From assembly GCA_963777605.1 (NCBI GenBank), contig CAVZRV010000035.1:160001-224000 (forward strand): a stretch of DNA of 64,000 nucleotides, given 5' to 3'. The notes under the pieces are model-generated. The model saw only the letters and a list, made by a program, of their open reading frames with translations, ran no database searches and was not told where the DNA came from. A program made the translations under genes and the position numbers. Source of the DNA: an uncultured Acidobacteriota bacterium (GTDB lineage: Bacteria; Acidobacteriota; UBA6911; RPQK01; JAPXNP01). Below, piece by piece: positions 18,960 to 29,624 of the stretch. Within the stretch, counting starts at the first letter, position 1; every line of letters begins with the position of its first letter.

Positions 18960-19137
18960 TCAGCCCAGGGCTTGCCTTGGGTCTGTGGTCCTGCACTTCG
19001 ATTGCGGCCTGTAAGGTCGCGCCCCGGATTCACCTCGTCCGAAGAGGTGTTCAGCCCCTTCAGGGCTGGATTCTTGATGGGTGGACCGTAAACCCAGGCA
19101 AATGCCTGGCCTGGAAACAGGCCCCCTTCAGGGGCCA
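18960..19137. repeat. REP doublet (REPIN-like inverted pair)
   Basis: CAGCCCAGGGCTTGCCTTGGG...GCGGCCTGTAAGGTCGC and inverted AGCCCCTTCAGGGCT...CCCAGGCAAATGCCTGG...GGCCCCCTTCAGGGGCC. Confidence 0.55.
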
Positions 19138-19299
19138 GCCCGGCGGCGATCCTGTGATCATCACTCATCCACGTCTGGCTCCTGACCAGGAACCAGGATC
19201 CAGCCGATAATCACGGCCTTGGCTCTCCACCGATCGCCTTTATCTCCATCCAGACGTGTCCAAATCGTCCCGGCTTTCCAACTCATCCAGATTGGCCCA

Positions 19300-19632
19300 T
19301 TAGGTGAGCTGGTCGACTTTGGCGGCCAGGATGAAGTCATTCTCGCTGAGCCCGTCGATGGCATGAGTCCAGAGCTTTATTCCCACCTTGCCCCAGGACA
19401 GGAAGAGATCCGGGTGGTGCTGCTCCTCTTCTGCAACCTCGCCAATCTTGTTGACGAAGTCCAGTGCCTGCTTGAAGTCGTCAAATTTGAACTCCCGTTC
19501 GAGGTGATGCCCATCGGTCACCTTCCAGTCCGGGTCGATTTCATCCTTGAACGCAGTCAGTTTCTCACCTCGGAGCGGCGGAGTGTCTCCGCTGCATGGC
19601 TTGCATTTTCTTGTTTCCAGGTTATTTGACAT
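19300..19632 (-). CDS. phhB: Pterin-4-alpha-carbinolamine dehydratase
   Basis: CKPC, AEEEQHHPD and WTHAIDGLSENDFILAAK motifs. Confidence 0.92.
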   Translation of the reverse strand: MSNNLETRKCKPCSGDTPPLRGEKLTAFKDEIDPDWKVTDGHHLEREFKFDDFKQALDFVNKIGEVAEEEQHHPDLFLSWGKVGIKLWTHAIDGLSENDFILAAKVDQLT

Positions 19633-19952
19633 GAAGTCTCCTTTCGGGTCGGCAGTCCTGGTTTGTTGTTACAGAATACAGGGGCTACCATCACGGAGTT
19701 CCAACCGTCGGTCCAGTTCTCAGACGGCATTCACCGGCAAGTAGCGTTCTATCCATTAAACCGCGAGTCGAACATCAGTTCCAACCGGCCGGTCGGACCC
19801 TCTTCACCAGTATTTCTCCCACGGTCAAACCACAACGTCGGCAGTCTTCTTCGCAGTTGATTGCGAAGAGGATTAGAATCTTTCCTTCGCCGATCGGGAA
19901 CGATCGGAGTTCCGCTTCTGGAACTTGAATGACCAGGTAGGTGACGTGCGCG

Positions 19953-21217
19953 ATGAACTGGACAATTTCGCCCGCCGGAAAGCGGGCGCTGCTCATGCTG
20001 CTGCTCAATTGCTTTCTTTGCACGCTATCTTGGGGTGACGATCGTGAAGCCGAGCAAAGGTCTCGACCACTTCCACAACGGAAGAGCACCGCCCCTGGAA
20101 GGTGGGCTTCAACGATCGCCTTCTGCTGGAGACTCCCGTCCCGCCGGTGAAACTCGAGTTCGGTGCATTCTTGCAAACAGATTTCGCCGCCTTTTCGGGT
20201 GGAAATGGGTTCGAAACAGCCCAGGGAAGCCTGGAGAACAGTGCCGAGTGGCGAAAAGCGATGTTCTCCGTTGACGGAGATCTGAGCAGCAACGTGGGGT
20301 TCAAGTTCCAATACGACTTCGCAACCAAGTCGCCTCCTCAGCTCAAGGATGCTTACCTGGATTTTCCGATTTTCACCTGCCTTTCGAGTTCCGGGTCGGG
20401 CCGACTGCAAACGCCGATTGGACTGGAGGGCTACACGAGCGGACGGGACTCGACATTCCTCGAGCGGGGGCTGGCGAACGCGTTTCTGCCGTCCCGTAAC
20501 ACCGGCGTTGTCCTGTACGGGAGCTTCCCCGAGAGAACGGTTCGGTGGGTGTTCGCGTTAATCCAGAAGGAGGCCGACTTCCGGATTCCCAACTTCAACC
20601 GGTTCGGATTCTCGGGGAGGGTGGCACGACGCTTCACGCTGGGGGACGAGTCCTTCCTTCACCTGGGTTTCGACCTCGAACATCGCAAAGTTGATGACTA
20701 CATCCGGTTCCTCGAACGTCCCGAGTCACACCTCGCGCCGCAGTTCGTCGATACCGGCAACATTCCCGCCAATTCTGCCGACAACTGGATCCTGGAAAGC
20801 GCATTCGTGCGCGGTTCGATGACGGTGGAAGCCGAACTGGCGACGTCAGAAGTGAACGGGAGAGGACAGGTCGGCCAACCCGACGTGCGATTTCCCGGGT
20901 ACTCCGTATCGACGAGTTACCTGCTGACCGGGGAGCAGCGCCCCTACTCCGAGTCGGAGGCGCGTTTCACCCGGCTCCGCCCCCGGCACAAGGTCGGCGA
21001 CGAGGGCGGCATCGGTGCGTGGGAGGTCGGCATCCGCTACTCCCATCTCGACCTGACGGACCTCAACGTCAACGGAGGCGTGCTGACCGACGTGACCGGG
21101 GCCGTGAACTGGTACCTCAACGACTACTCCCGGATCATGTTCAACGTCGTCCGGGCCGAGCGCCTTGACATAGCCACCGTCTGGATCTACCAGACCCGCT
21201 TCCAGCTTGCATTTTGA
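19953..21217 (+). CDS. OprO/OprP-family porin, frameshifted near 20056 (plus an apparent compensated pair at ~20370/20400)
   Basis: Signal peptide in the 19953 frame; FLER, RPESH, LLTGEQRPY, GAWEVGIRYS, VNWYLN and terminal RFQLAF beta-signal. Confidence 0.8.
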
Positions 21218-22396
21218 CCGGGCGGATGACGTTCGCCGGCCTTCCTCACCTGGTAACGGGAGATCAGGGGCCCAATCGATTCGAAGATCACCGCTGTCGC
21301 CACAACCGGTGTGAGGAAGAAGTCTCCGAACGAAGGGAACTGTTGCTGCGCTATCAGAGCCAGTCCCATGGCGATGCTCGCCTGGGGGAAGAGACACCAC
21401 CCGGCTCGCCTGCGAACCTGTGGAGGCGCTCCTGCGGCAAGCGGCTCCGAGGTAAGCACCCAGGAGTTTTCCACCTCCCCGGAACACCATGTAGACGACT
21501 CCGACCAGACCGATGGACCCGAGCGTGACAAACTGGAACCGAAATCCGGCCAGCAGGAAAAAGACTGCCAGGAAGGGCTCGGCCACACTTTCCAGCGCCC
21601 GAAACGACCGCAACGGATCGTCCGAGATCCTCGTCAGCGTAATTCCGAGAAACATTGCCGCAAGCAGGTAGGAAACTCCCATGACGGTGGCAATGCCGGT
21701 AACGAGCAGGACGAAGCCGCCGGTCAGGACCAACGCCGGATCACTGCGCTTCACCCGATGGGCAACCCAGGACATCGGGAAAGCCATGACCACACCGAGA
21801 ACCGCCCCGCCCAGAGTTCTCCACAAGCCACCACCGATTTCGTAGAGTGGGTGCCCGGTTCCGAGGTAGCTCTGAACCATTGAAACGGCGACACTGAACA
21901 GGAGTATTCCCCAGGCGTCGTCCAGTACCACCGACCCCAGGACAGTGTCACTGAGCGGCCCGCGTGCGCCCGATTGGCGCATCGTCTCGAACACTGCCGT
22001 CGGGGCAGAAACCGGGGCGATCCCCGCAAGGATGATCGCTACCGGCAATTCGGCCCCGCACAAAACGAGCGCCAGGAAAACCATCAACGCGGCGGCTGTC
22101 GCCTCTCCAATGGATACCGACAGGACTACCCGGCCTCGTTTCAGGAGATTCTCACCCGTGAAACGCGCACCGAGCAGAAAGCCCACCATGGCTAGCGAAA
22201 CATGGCCAGTGAGCGGAAACCAGTCAGAGACTCCTTCCGGGATGAGTCCCAGAAAGTCAGGACCGCACGCCGCTCCGATGACGATCAGAAAGGTCACCCT
22301 GGGCAGGCCGATCCGGGGAGCCACGGCGTAGCCCGAGTAGCCCACCAGGAGAAAAGCTCCCAGCACGACGAGGTTCCAACCCGTATTCGAATCCAT
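21187..22396 (-). CDS. Cation:proton antiporter (Na+/H+ exchanger family), frameshift at ~21443
   Basis: Multiple TM helices, LDDAWG, FFLLAG and RGGGK; the conserved LFPQASIAMGLAL tail lies in the 21187..21588 frame. Confidence 0.82.
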
Positions 22397-22403
22397 GCAT
22401 TCC

Positions 22404-25217
22404 TCAGCGAACGGCTACCAGGACATCGGCCGGAAGCCGTCCCAGGGCGTCCGCCACACTGAGGTGCAGGCCGCTTTCGCCGCGGTCCGCACGCACTTCC
22501 CTGCCGGTCATCCACGATCGCCATCGCGCCACCCCAGAAGGCGCACGGAGTGGAATCCGGGTGTCTCCCCATTTGGACTTCAGCGATGCAGGGGGAGGCG
22601 AATCACACGGTCCCGCCGCAAACCGGGAGGCAATAACGAGAACGGTTTCCTCGTCATCCGAACGGGTGAAAGCGAGAACAGCCCCGGCAAGTCGCCCTTC
22701 GATGGAGAGACCAGTGTAGCTCCCCGAGTCAAATACCGCGGCATATCGCCGGCGCAAATGGAGTAGTTTCCAGACGGTGAAAACCTTGATCCTCGGGTCT
22801 TCCGGCGTGCGAATTAGCTCGTCGACAAATTCCGCCTCCGACTGCTCGGATCGTTCGATGACCTCATCGAGAAGCCGACGGCGAAGCTCGTAGTCCACCG
22901 GTCGGCGATTGTCCGGGTCCACCAGAACGAAATTCCACAACTCGTCTCCCTGGTAGATGTCCGGTCCTCCCGGACTGGTGAACTGCAGGACGATCTTGGA
23001 CAACGCGTTCCAGAATCCACCGGGAGCCATTTCGGAGACCAGGCCAGTTACTCCCTTCAGAAAGGCAGCACTCTTCTCCCGGTCCAGGGCGGCACGAACA
23101 AATCTGATCAGGGCGTCCTCATAGGCTCCGTTGGGATGAACCCAGCTGGTCCGGCGCTTGGATTCCCTGACCGCCTTGATCATGTACTCCTCGACTCTCT
23201 CGACCAACGTGCCGGACTGTTCGATTTCGGTCGCGGCATCCGCCGGCCAGAGGGCGACGAGAATCTGGTAAAAGAGGTACTCCGCCACGGGATCAGGCGC
23301 CAGGCGCCCTCCGACCTTGGTCAGCAGTCGCCGGTTCCGGCGATGCCAGCTCCGGACCATCTCCAGCCAGCGATCGGGGATCTGGGAGAGGACGTCGAGC
23401 CGGGACCGGACGTCGCTGCTCCGCTTCGTATCGTGTGTCGTCGCAGCCAGGAGGGCACGCGGGAGGCGCTCTTGGCGATCCTGGTTCTCCTGGTGAAAGA
23501 GGCTTGCCGAATCGGTCGCGACCATTTCGACCGTCCCGCCCACCTCGTTCAGGGAGACCAGCGGAACGTAGAGATAAAGCGCAGTGTCCTCAATGCCCTT
23601 GGCAGCAGCAGGGCCGGTCAACTGCTGGAAACGGGCAACGAAATTCGCCGCCTCTCCGGAGTGGACACCCTCCAACTCCGAATTCAGAAGAACCATCAGG
23701 AGCAGCTGGAGGGCCCTAGCGTCCACGCGTCTCGAGGCACCAGCCTGGGAGGCTGCCTTCCGAATGACCTGCTCATCCCAGGCTTCGCGAGATTCCCCGT
23801 CCAGGTAGGTTCGGTAAACCGGGAGTGCCACGGCAAACTCGCGTACAGCGGTGTTGAGTCGAACCTGGTCGAGGTCGGAATACTCCGGGAGCTGGCGGGC
23901 AATACGCATCAGGATTGCACCCAGCCTGCCCACTAGTGCCGAGAGGTCCAGGCGTAAAGCGCGCCTCTTTCCCCAGATCTCCAGTTCGGCGAGCGACTCC
24001 GAATGGCGAACCAGCTGCCGGTACCCATGCTCGATCTTCCTGAGTCCTTCCGGGCAAACGAAGAGTTGCTCCGCCCGGTTCAGAAACTCGTAGCCCGTCG
24101 TTCCGTCAACGGGCCAGGGTTCCGGCAGCGGCTCTCCCGATGCAAGGATCTTCTCAATGAACAGCAGCATCCGTTCGCCGCCCAGTTGCCTGAGGCTCCG
24201 GAGGTATTCGAGCGGATTGCGCAGGCCGTCAATGTGATCGACCCGAACCCCGTCAATGAGGCCGTCCGCAAGCCACTGGGCCACCAGTTGATGGGTCTCG
24301 GAGAACACCTCCGGATCTTCCTGGCGAACGGCTATCAGATCGTTGATGTCAAAGAACCGGCGATAATTGAGGATCCTCGCTCCCTGCCGCCAGTACGCCA
24401 GCCGGTAGGGCTGCCGGTCGAGGAGTGCCTTCATCCGGTAACTCGCACCCTCCCCCTCGCAGTACCGACTGGCCGCATCCTCAACCCAGGCGCGCCGGCG
24501 TGGCGAACTCTCGACAATCTGCGCAAGCCGGGCAAGCCTGTCCTCGACTTGCTGTCGGGGCAGGACGACGTGCCGTCGGACCCGGCTGGCGATCTGCGGG
24601 AGGGAGTGGAGGAAGCTGAAGATCTCCTCGATTTCGCTACGTAGTTCCCCAAGTTCCGGAGCGTCCAGCACAGGCTCGAGGATGAGATGAACGGTCGAGG
24701 GATCGATCGGGAATCGATGCTCGTAGTAGTTGAGGCAGAACCGCCCATCGCACCAACTCAGGCGGAGTTCTCCCTCTTCCACGACAGGGCCGATCGGGCT
24801 TCCGAGGATAGGAATAACCACCCGCCCCCAAAACTCCGGGTCCGGCAATCGCCAGTCAATATCGAACCATCTCGAATACGGAGAGCCGGGCCCGTAAGTC
24901 AACACGTCCATCCAGTAGGGGTTCTCGCTGCACGCCGCCATGTGATTGGGAACAATGTCCACGATCAGCCCGATCCCGTAGGAGCGCAAAGTCGAAATGA
25001 GGCTGAGAAAGGCGCTGTGGCCTCCGAGTTCGGGATTGACGGACCGGGGATCCACTACATCGTAGCCATGGGTGCTGCCCGAACGGGCGCGCAATACCGG
25101 GGAGCTGTAGAGGTGAGTGACCCCCAGCCGGCTCAGGTAAGGAACCAGTTGTTGTGCGTCATCGAAAGTGAACTCGGCGCTGAACTGGACACGATAGGTA
25201 CTCAGGGGGGCGCTCAC
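22404..25217 (-). CDS. treY: Malto-oligosyltrehalose synthase
   Basis: STYRVQF, GSTHGYD, DIVPNHM, NYRRFFDI, RVDHIDGL, THDTKR and LVDPDNRRPVD motifs. Confidence 0.96.
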   Translation of the reverse strand: MSAPLSTYRVQFSAEFTFDDAQQLVPYLSRLGVTHLYSSPVLRARSGSTHGYDVVDPRSVNPELGGHSAFLSLISTLRSYGIGLIVDIVPNHMAACSENPYWMDVLTYGPGSPYSRWFDIDWRLPDPEFWGRVVIPILGSPIGPVVEEGELRLSWCDGRFCLNYYEHRFPIDPSTVHLILEPVLDAPELGELRSEIEEIFSFLHSLPQIASRVRRHVVLPRQQVEDRLARLAQIVESSPRRRAWVEDAASRYCEGEGASYRMKALLDRQPYRLAYWRQGARILNYRRFFDINDLIAVRQEDPEVFSETHQLVAQWLADGLIDGVRVDHIDGLRNPLEYLRSLRQLGGERMLLFIEKILASGEPLPEPWPVDGTTGYEFLNRAEQLFVCPEGLRKIEHGYRQLVRHSESLAELEIWGKRRALRLDLSALVGRLGAILMRIARQLPEYSDLDQVRLNTAVREFAVALPVYRTYLDGESREAWDEQVIRKAASQAGASRRVDARALQLLLMVLLNSELEGVHSGEAANFVARFQQLTGPAAAKGIEDTALYLYVPLVSLNEVGGTVEMVATDSASLFHQENQDRQERLPRALLAATTHDTKRSSDVRSRLDVLSQIPDRWLEMVRSWHRRNRRLLTKVGGRLAPDPVAEYLFYQILVALWPADAATEIEQSGTLVERVEEYMIKAVRESKRRTSWVHPNGAYEDALIRFVRAALDREKSAAFLKGVTGLVSEMAPGGFWNALSKIVLQFTSPGGPDIYQGDELWNFVLVDPDNRRPVDYELRRRLLDEVIERSEQSEAEFVDELIRTPEDPRIKVFTVWKLLHLRRRYAAVFDSGSYTGLSIEGRLAGAVLAFTRSDDEETVLVIASRFAAGPCDSPPPASLKSKWGDTRIPLRAPSGVARWRSWMTGREVRADRGESGLHLSVADALGRLPADVLVAVR

Positions 25218-25226
25218 AGCTGCCTC

Positions 25227-27630
25227 CTACGGGACGTTGACAGAGAGTTGACCGGCGATCCGGGAGAGGGTCCGATTCCAGGCCCCGCCTTGGTCATCGT
25301 CGAGAACTCCCCGGCCGGATCATTGCGAACACCACGTTCTGGGCCAGGGAAAGATCAACCTCGAAGGGAAGCATCAATGCCACTTCCACGACATTCTGAA
25401 GCCGTGCCAGGCACTCCTCGTCCCGAGGAGACTCGTGAACGAGGTTCACTTTGTCCCAAAGCCGCTGTTTCACCGCATAGCTCAAACCCTCCCGGTCGAG
25501 TTCGATGTGCCAGCGATCGGCAGTCTGGAGCCACGACCGGATCGACGCCAGGTTCAGCTCCTCTTCACCCATAGCGTCTCGAAGATCTGCCGAAAGGACC
25601 ACTTTGGCAGCAGTCTGGAATGCCTCCGGGATAGGCGTCCCAAGTTCGGCGAGAAAGTTCATCAACGGCCCGTGACGGTCGATCAGGTGACGGTAGGAGG
25701 CTTCTGCCTCCTCCAGAGTCGCGTCCAGGATCAGGTCGAGGATCTTCCTCTGTTCGTCCCTAAAGAGGGTGTTCAGGGAATACCGTTGCTGGACAAAATT
25801 GGAGTCGAGTTTGCGAAGCGTTGCCGCAACGTCGGCCCGGGAGAACGCCTGTTCGAGGTCGTTGTCCATCTTCAGGTATCCGCCCTGTCCCTGAAACGCC
25901 CGCACTCCCCCGAACAGGTTGTGATCGCCCAGGTGAACACAGGCAAAACTCAGCGCCGCCGACTCCAGGGTGATCTTTGACGAGAACGTTCCCCAGCCGG
26001 TCACGAGACGGAATCGGCCTGACTCGCGGACGTGATAGCTCTCCAGGTTCACTGTGAAGGCGTAAATCTCAGTCTGCTTCTCGTAATCCTCGAAAAGGGA
26101 ACTGGCCGCGAAATGAGCCGCGACCTTGGGAAGCCCTACCCGAGACGGCCGCACCCACTTCTCGTAGACCTTCCGTCCATCCCTGTGTTCGGGCAGGTTG
26201 CTCTTGGCCAGCTCCAATTTCTCGAGAAACGTTCCCTCGATTCCGCTCGACTCAGTCAATTCATGAGCCAACTGGACGGCTCTGCCGGCATATTGGATCA
26301 CCTGTACAGTCTCGATTCCCGAAAGTTCGTCGAAGAACCACCCACAACTCGTGTACATGAGCATAGCGTGTCGCTGAAGCTCGAGCCACTTCAGGGTCCG
26401 GACGCGCTCCGGCGATTCGAGCTCCTGCTTCTGGTGGGTCGAGAAAAACTCGTCAACGTTTTCCCGGGAACCGGAATAAACCAGACCGATGTAGTCGTCT
26501 CGAGCCTGCCAGGGATCGGAAAGTGTCCGCGCCGCTTCTTCTTCATAGACCGGGGCGAGCTCGTCGCGGAGCCAGTCCAGAGCGGCCCGCAAGGGACCAC
26601 GCCAGGCCTGGTTCCAACCCTGCCGTCCGCTGTTGCAGCCACAGTCGGACCGCCATCGTTCGATTCCGTGGACGCAACTCCAGGACGAGTTCTCGATGAT
26701 TCGGACCTCCGGGAGTTCCTCGAAGTTGTCGAGGAACTCGGCATAGTTAGTCAACTCGACTCCATCCTGGTCCTCGATGGTCTGAAGGGCGTAGGCCAAA
26801 CTCATTTCCCCGTGACGGTGATGGTGCCCGAAGGTTTCGCCATCGGTTGCGACGTGAGCCAGTTCCGGAACTCCGGGTGACTTCGAAAGCAGCCCCAGGA
26901 GACGCTTGGCCAAGTCCTCACCCCTGGACAACAGGCCCTCAAAGGCGATCGCCTGGGACACCGGCCCGTCATAGAAGAAGAGGGCAATCTCGCGTCCCGA
27001 AGGCAACTTCTGACGGTAGGGTACCTTTGGATTGATGCGGGCCCCGGCCACCTCCCGCCATTCCCGGTCGCCGATTTCCCTTACTGAATCGGCCTGGTGC
27101 GGAGACAGCACGGTGAAGCGGATCCCGGCGTCAGCGAGCAGGTCGAGAGTTTCCAGGTCAACTGCCGCCTCTGACAGCCACATTCCTTCCGGATCTCGTC
27201 CGTACCGCTGCCTGAAATCCTCAACTCCCCATCGGATCTGGGTGACCTTATCGCGGCGGTTGGCCAGAGGCATGATGATGTGATTGAAGACCTGGGCCAT
27301 CGCCGAACCGTGCCCCGAAAACCGTTCGCGGCTCGTGCGGTCGGCCTCAAGAACTGCCTGGTACACGTCCCCGGCATATTTCTCCATCCAACCCAGCAGC
27401 GTTGGTCCGAAATTGAAGCTGATACGCGAGTAGTTGTTCAGGATCGACGCAATTCTGGCCTGCCCGTCCAGGATGCGTGCAGTCGAGTTGGGCCGGTAAC
27501 ACTCCGCGGTGATCCGGTCGTTCCAGTCGTGATAGGGATAGGCCGAGTCCTGCAGTTCGATTGCCTCGAGCCAGGGATTCTCTCGGGGAGGTTGATAGAA
27601 ATGCCCGTGAATGCATACGAAACGTTTCAA
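25227..27630 (-). CDS. GH57 family glycoside hydrolase with DUF3536 domain (probable late frameshift at ~25310)
   Basis: HGHFYQPPRENPW, ATDGETFGHH, WSCVHG and MYTSCGWFFDE. The alternative frame gives a plausible tail ...AWNRTLSRIAGQLSVNVP* ending at the treY RBS. Confidence 0.88.
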
Positions 27631-27632
27631 AG

Positions 27633-29525
27633 TCAGGAAACCCGTTCCTTTCTGAGGACGGTTACCGAGCGGGGCGGCAATTGCCACCCGGTGCCCTCCT
27701 CCATTGGACCATCGCCATTCCGAAGATGACGTCCGCCTGAATCCTTCTGCGTGGAGGAGTCCAGGATTACCTGCCAGTTCTCACCTCGCAACGGGTTCGG
27801 GATGGCCACCATTTCCGGCAGGATGTTGAAGACCGCGAGGAGTGTTTCCGTGTCAACCCAGATCCGGAAACTCATCACCGCATCTTCCAGCAAGACTCGG
27901 GTTTCGGTCTGCTCACGGGTTGCAAAGCGATAGGCGGGACTGGTTCTCCGGATCCTGATCAGTTCGCGGTAGAACTCCCGCAGGTCCCGATGCCGCGGTT
28001 CGTCGCGAAGGTGATGATTCAGCTTTGCCCTTTCGAAAGTCTCTTCCGACTGCGGGTCGGGAATTTCTCCCTCCCACTGAAAATGGGCAAATTCGTTCTT
28101 CCTGCCCTCGCGCACGGCCGCCACCAGGTCGGGGTCGCCATGGCTCACAAAATACTGAAATGGAGACGTTTCCCCGTATTCCTCGCCCATAAAAAGGAGC
28201 GGTTGGTAAGGAGATAGGAGGACCAGGGCGGCAGCGAGCCTGGGGACGGCGGGGTCATCCAGTAACCCGGTCAGGCGTTCACCCAACATCCGGTTACCCA
28301 CCTGGTCATGATTCTGACTGCACACCACGATTCGCCGAGGGTCCAGGTGACGCGCCGAATTTCCGTGCCGGCGGCGGCGAAAGCGTGAGTACTGTCCCTC
28401 GTAGACAAATCCGTGCCGGTAGGCTTTGACCAGATCGGAAAAGCCTTCGAAGTCCTGGTAATAGCCATCCTTCTCTCCGGTCAGGGTGCGGTGAATCGCG
28501 TGGTGGAGGTCGTCGCACCACTGGGCGTCGATGCCCCATCCACCCGAATCAGCGGATTGGAGGATCCTGGAGTCGTTGAGACTGCTCTCGGCAATCGTGT
28601 ACGCGGATCTGCCGAGGCGTTCCCCTTCGATTGAAACCGCAGTCGCCAGTTCCTGGAAAAACGGCTTTGCCGAGAAGTCGTAGACTGCATGGACGGCATC
28701 GAGTCGGAGAGCGTCGATGTGGAACTCGCGGATCCAGTAGACAGCGTTCTCGACAAACAGGCGCCTGACTTCGTCACTGTCTGGGCCGTCGAAGTTGACC
28801 GCTTCTCCCCAAGGCGTCCGGTATCGGTCGGTAAAGTACGGACCGAAATTGGCCAGGTAGTTTCCTTCCGGCCCGAGATGGTTGTAGACCACGTCCAGAA
28901 TGACCGCCAGACCCTTCCGGTGACACGCATCGACCAGTTTTCTGAGCCCGGCGGGTCCACCATAACTGTTCTGGACTGCAAAGGGATGGACCCCGTCGTA
29001 GCCCCAGTTTCGGGAGCCGGGGAATTGCGCGACCGGCATCAGTTCGAGGGCCGTGACTCCGAGATCGTTGAAATCGTCCAGGAACGGAATGATCCCTTCG
29101 AAGGTGCCTTCCCTCGAAAAAGTCCCCACGTGAATTTCACAGGTGAGATAGTCTGCCAGCGCGATTCCCGCCCACGAGGAGTCGGTCCACGGAAACGACG
29201 GATCGACAACCGCGGAGGCCCGGTGGACACCGTCCGGCTGATAGCGTGAAGCCGGGTCGGGGAACTCATTCTCTCCGTCCAGTCGGTAGAAATAGCGGGT
29301 TCCCGGCTCGATTCCTCCCACCTGCGCCTCGAAGTAGCCTCTCCCGTGCGGAACCAGCGGAACCAGGCGATCCCGGGGAGACACGACGTGCACCTCAACC
29401 CGGTTCGCCCGCGGGGACCAGACCTCGAATCGACATTCTCCGGAACCCAGATATTGAGCGCCCAGGCTCAGTCCCCGGGTCGGATGGGCGACCGGCTCAT
29501 TCGGCCGTTGCGCCTTTAATTGCAT
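27633..29525 (-). CDS. treZ: Malto-oligosyltrehalose trehalohydrolase
   Basis: DPASRYQP, RNWGYDG, LRLDAVHA, QNHDQVGNR and LLFMGEEY; start uncertain (29525 or 29600). Confidence 0.95.
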   Translation of the reverse strand: MQLKAQRPNEPVAHPTRGLSLGAQYLGSGECRFEVWSPRANRVEVHVVSPRDRLVPLVPHGRGYFEAQVGGIEPGTRYFYRLDGENEFPDPASRYQPDGVHRASAVVDPSFPWTDSSWAGIALADYLTCEIHVGTFSREGTFEGIIPFLDDFNDLGVTALELMPVAQFPGSRNWGYDGVHPFAVQNSYGGPAGLRKLVDACHRKGLAVILDVVYNHLGPEGNYLANFGPYFTDRYRTPWGEAVNFDGPDSDEVRRLFVENAVYWIREFHIDALRLDAVHAVYDFSAKPFFQELATAVSIEGERLGRSAYTIAESSLNDSRILQSADSGGWGIDAQWCDDLHHAIHRTLTGEKDGYYQDFEGFSDLVKAYRHGFVYEGQYSRFRRRRHGNSARHLDPRRIVVCSQNHDQVGNRMLGERLTGLLDDPAVPRLAAALVLLSPYQPLLFMGEEYGETSPFQYFVSHGDPDLVAAVREGRKNEFAHFQWEGEIPDPQSEETFERAKLNHHLRDEPRHRDLREFYRELIRIRRTSPAYRFATREQTETRVLLEDAVMSFRIWVDTETLLAVFNILPEMVAIPNPLRGENWQVILDSSTQKDSGGRHLRNGDGPMEEGTGWQLPPRSVTVLRKERVS

Positions 29526-29624
29526 TGCACCTGCTTTCGTCACTTCTGCCGTCGCCGCGGCCCGTTCGCTGCCGCCGAACCAGCCGGCGACGCCGTTCAA
29601 TGAAATCCGTTCTGCTTTCTAAAG

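Noticed and set aside
20846-21217. Apparent 370-nt convergent overlap of antiporter and porin
   Set aside because: Artefact of the frameshift at ~21443; the corrected antiporter ends near 21187.
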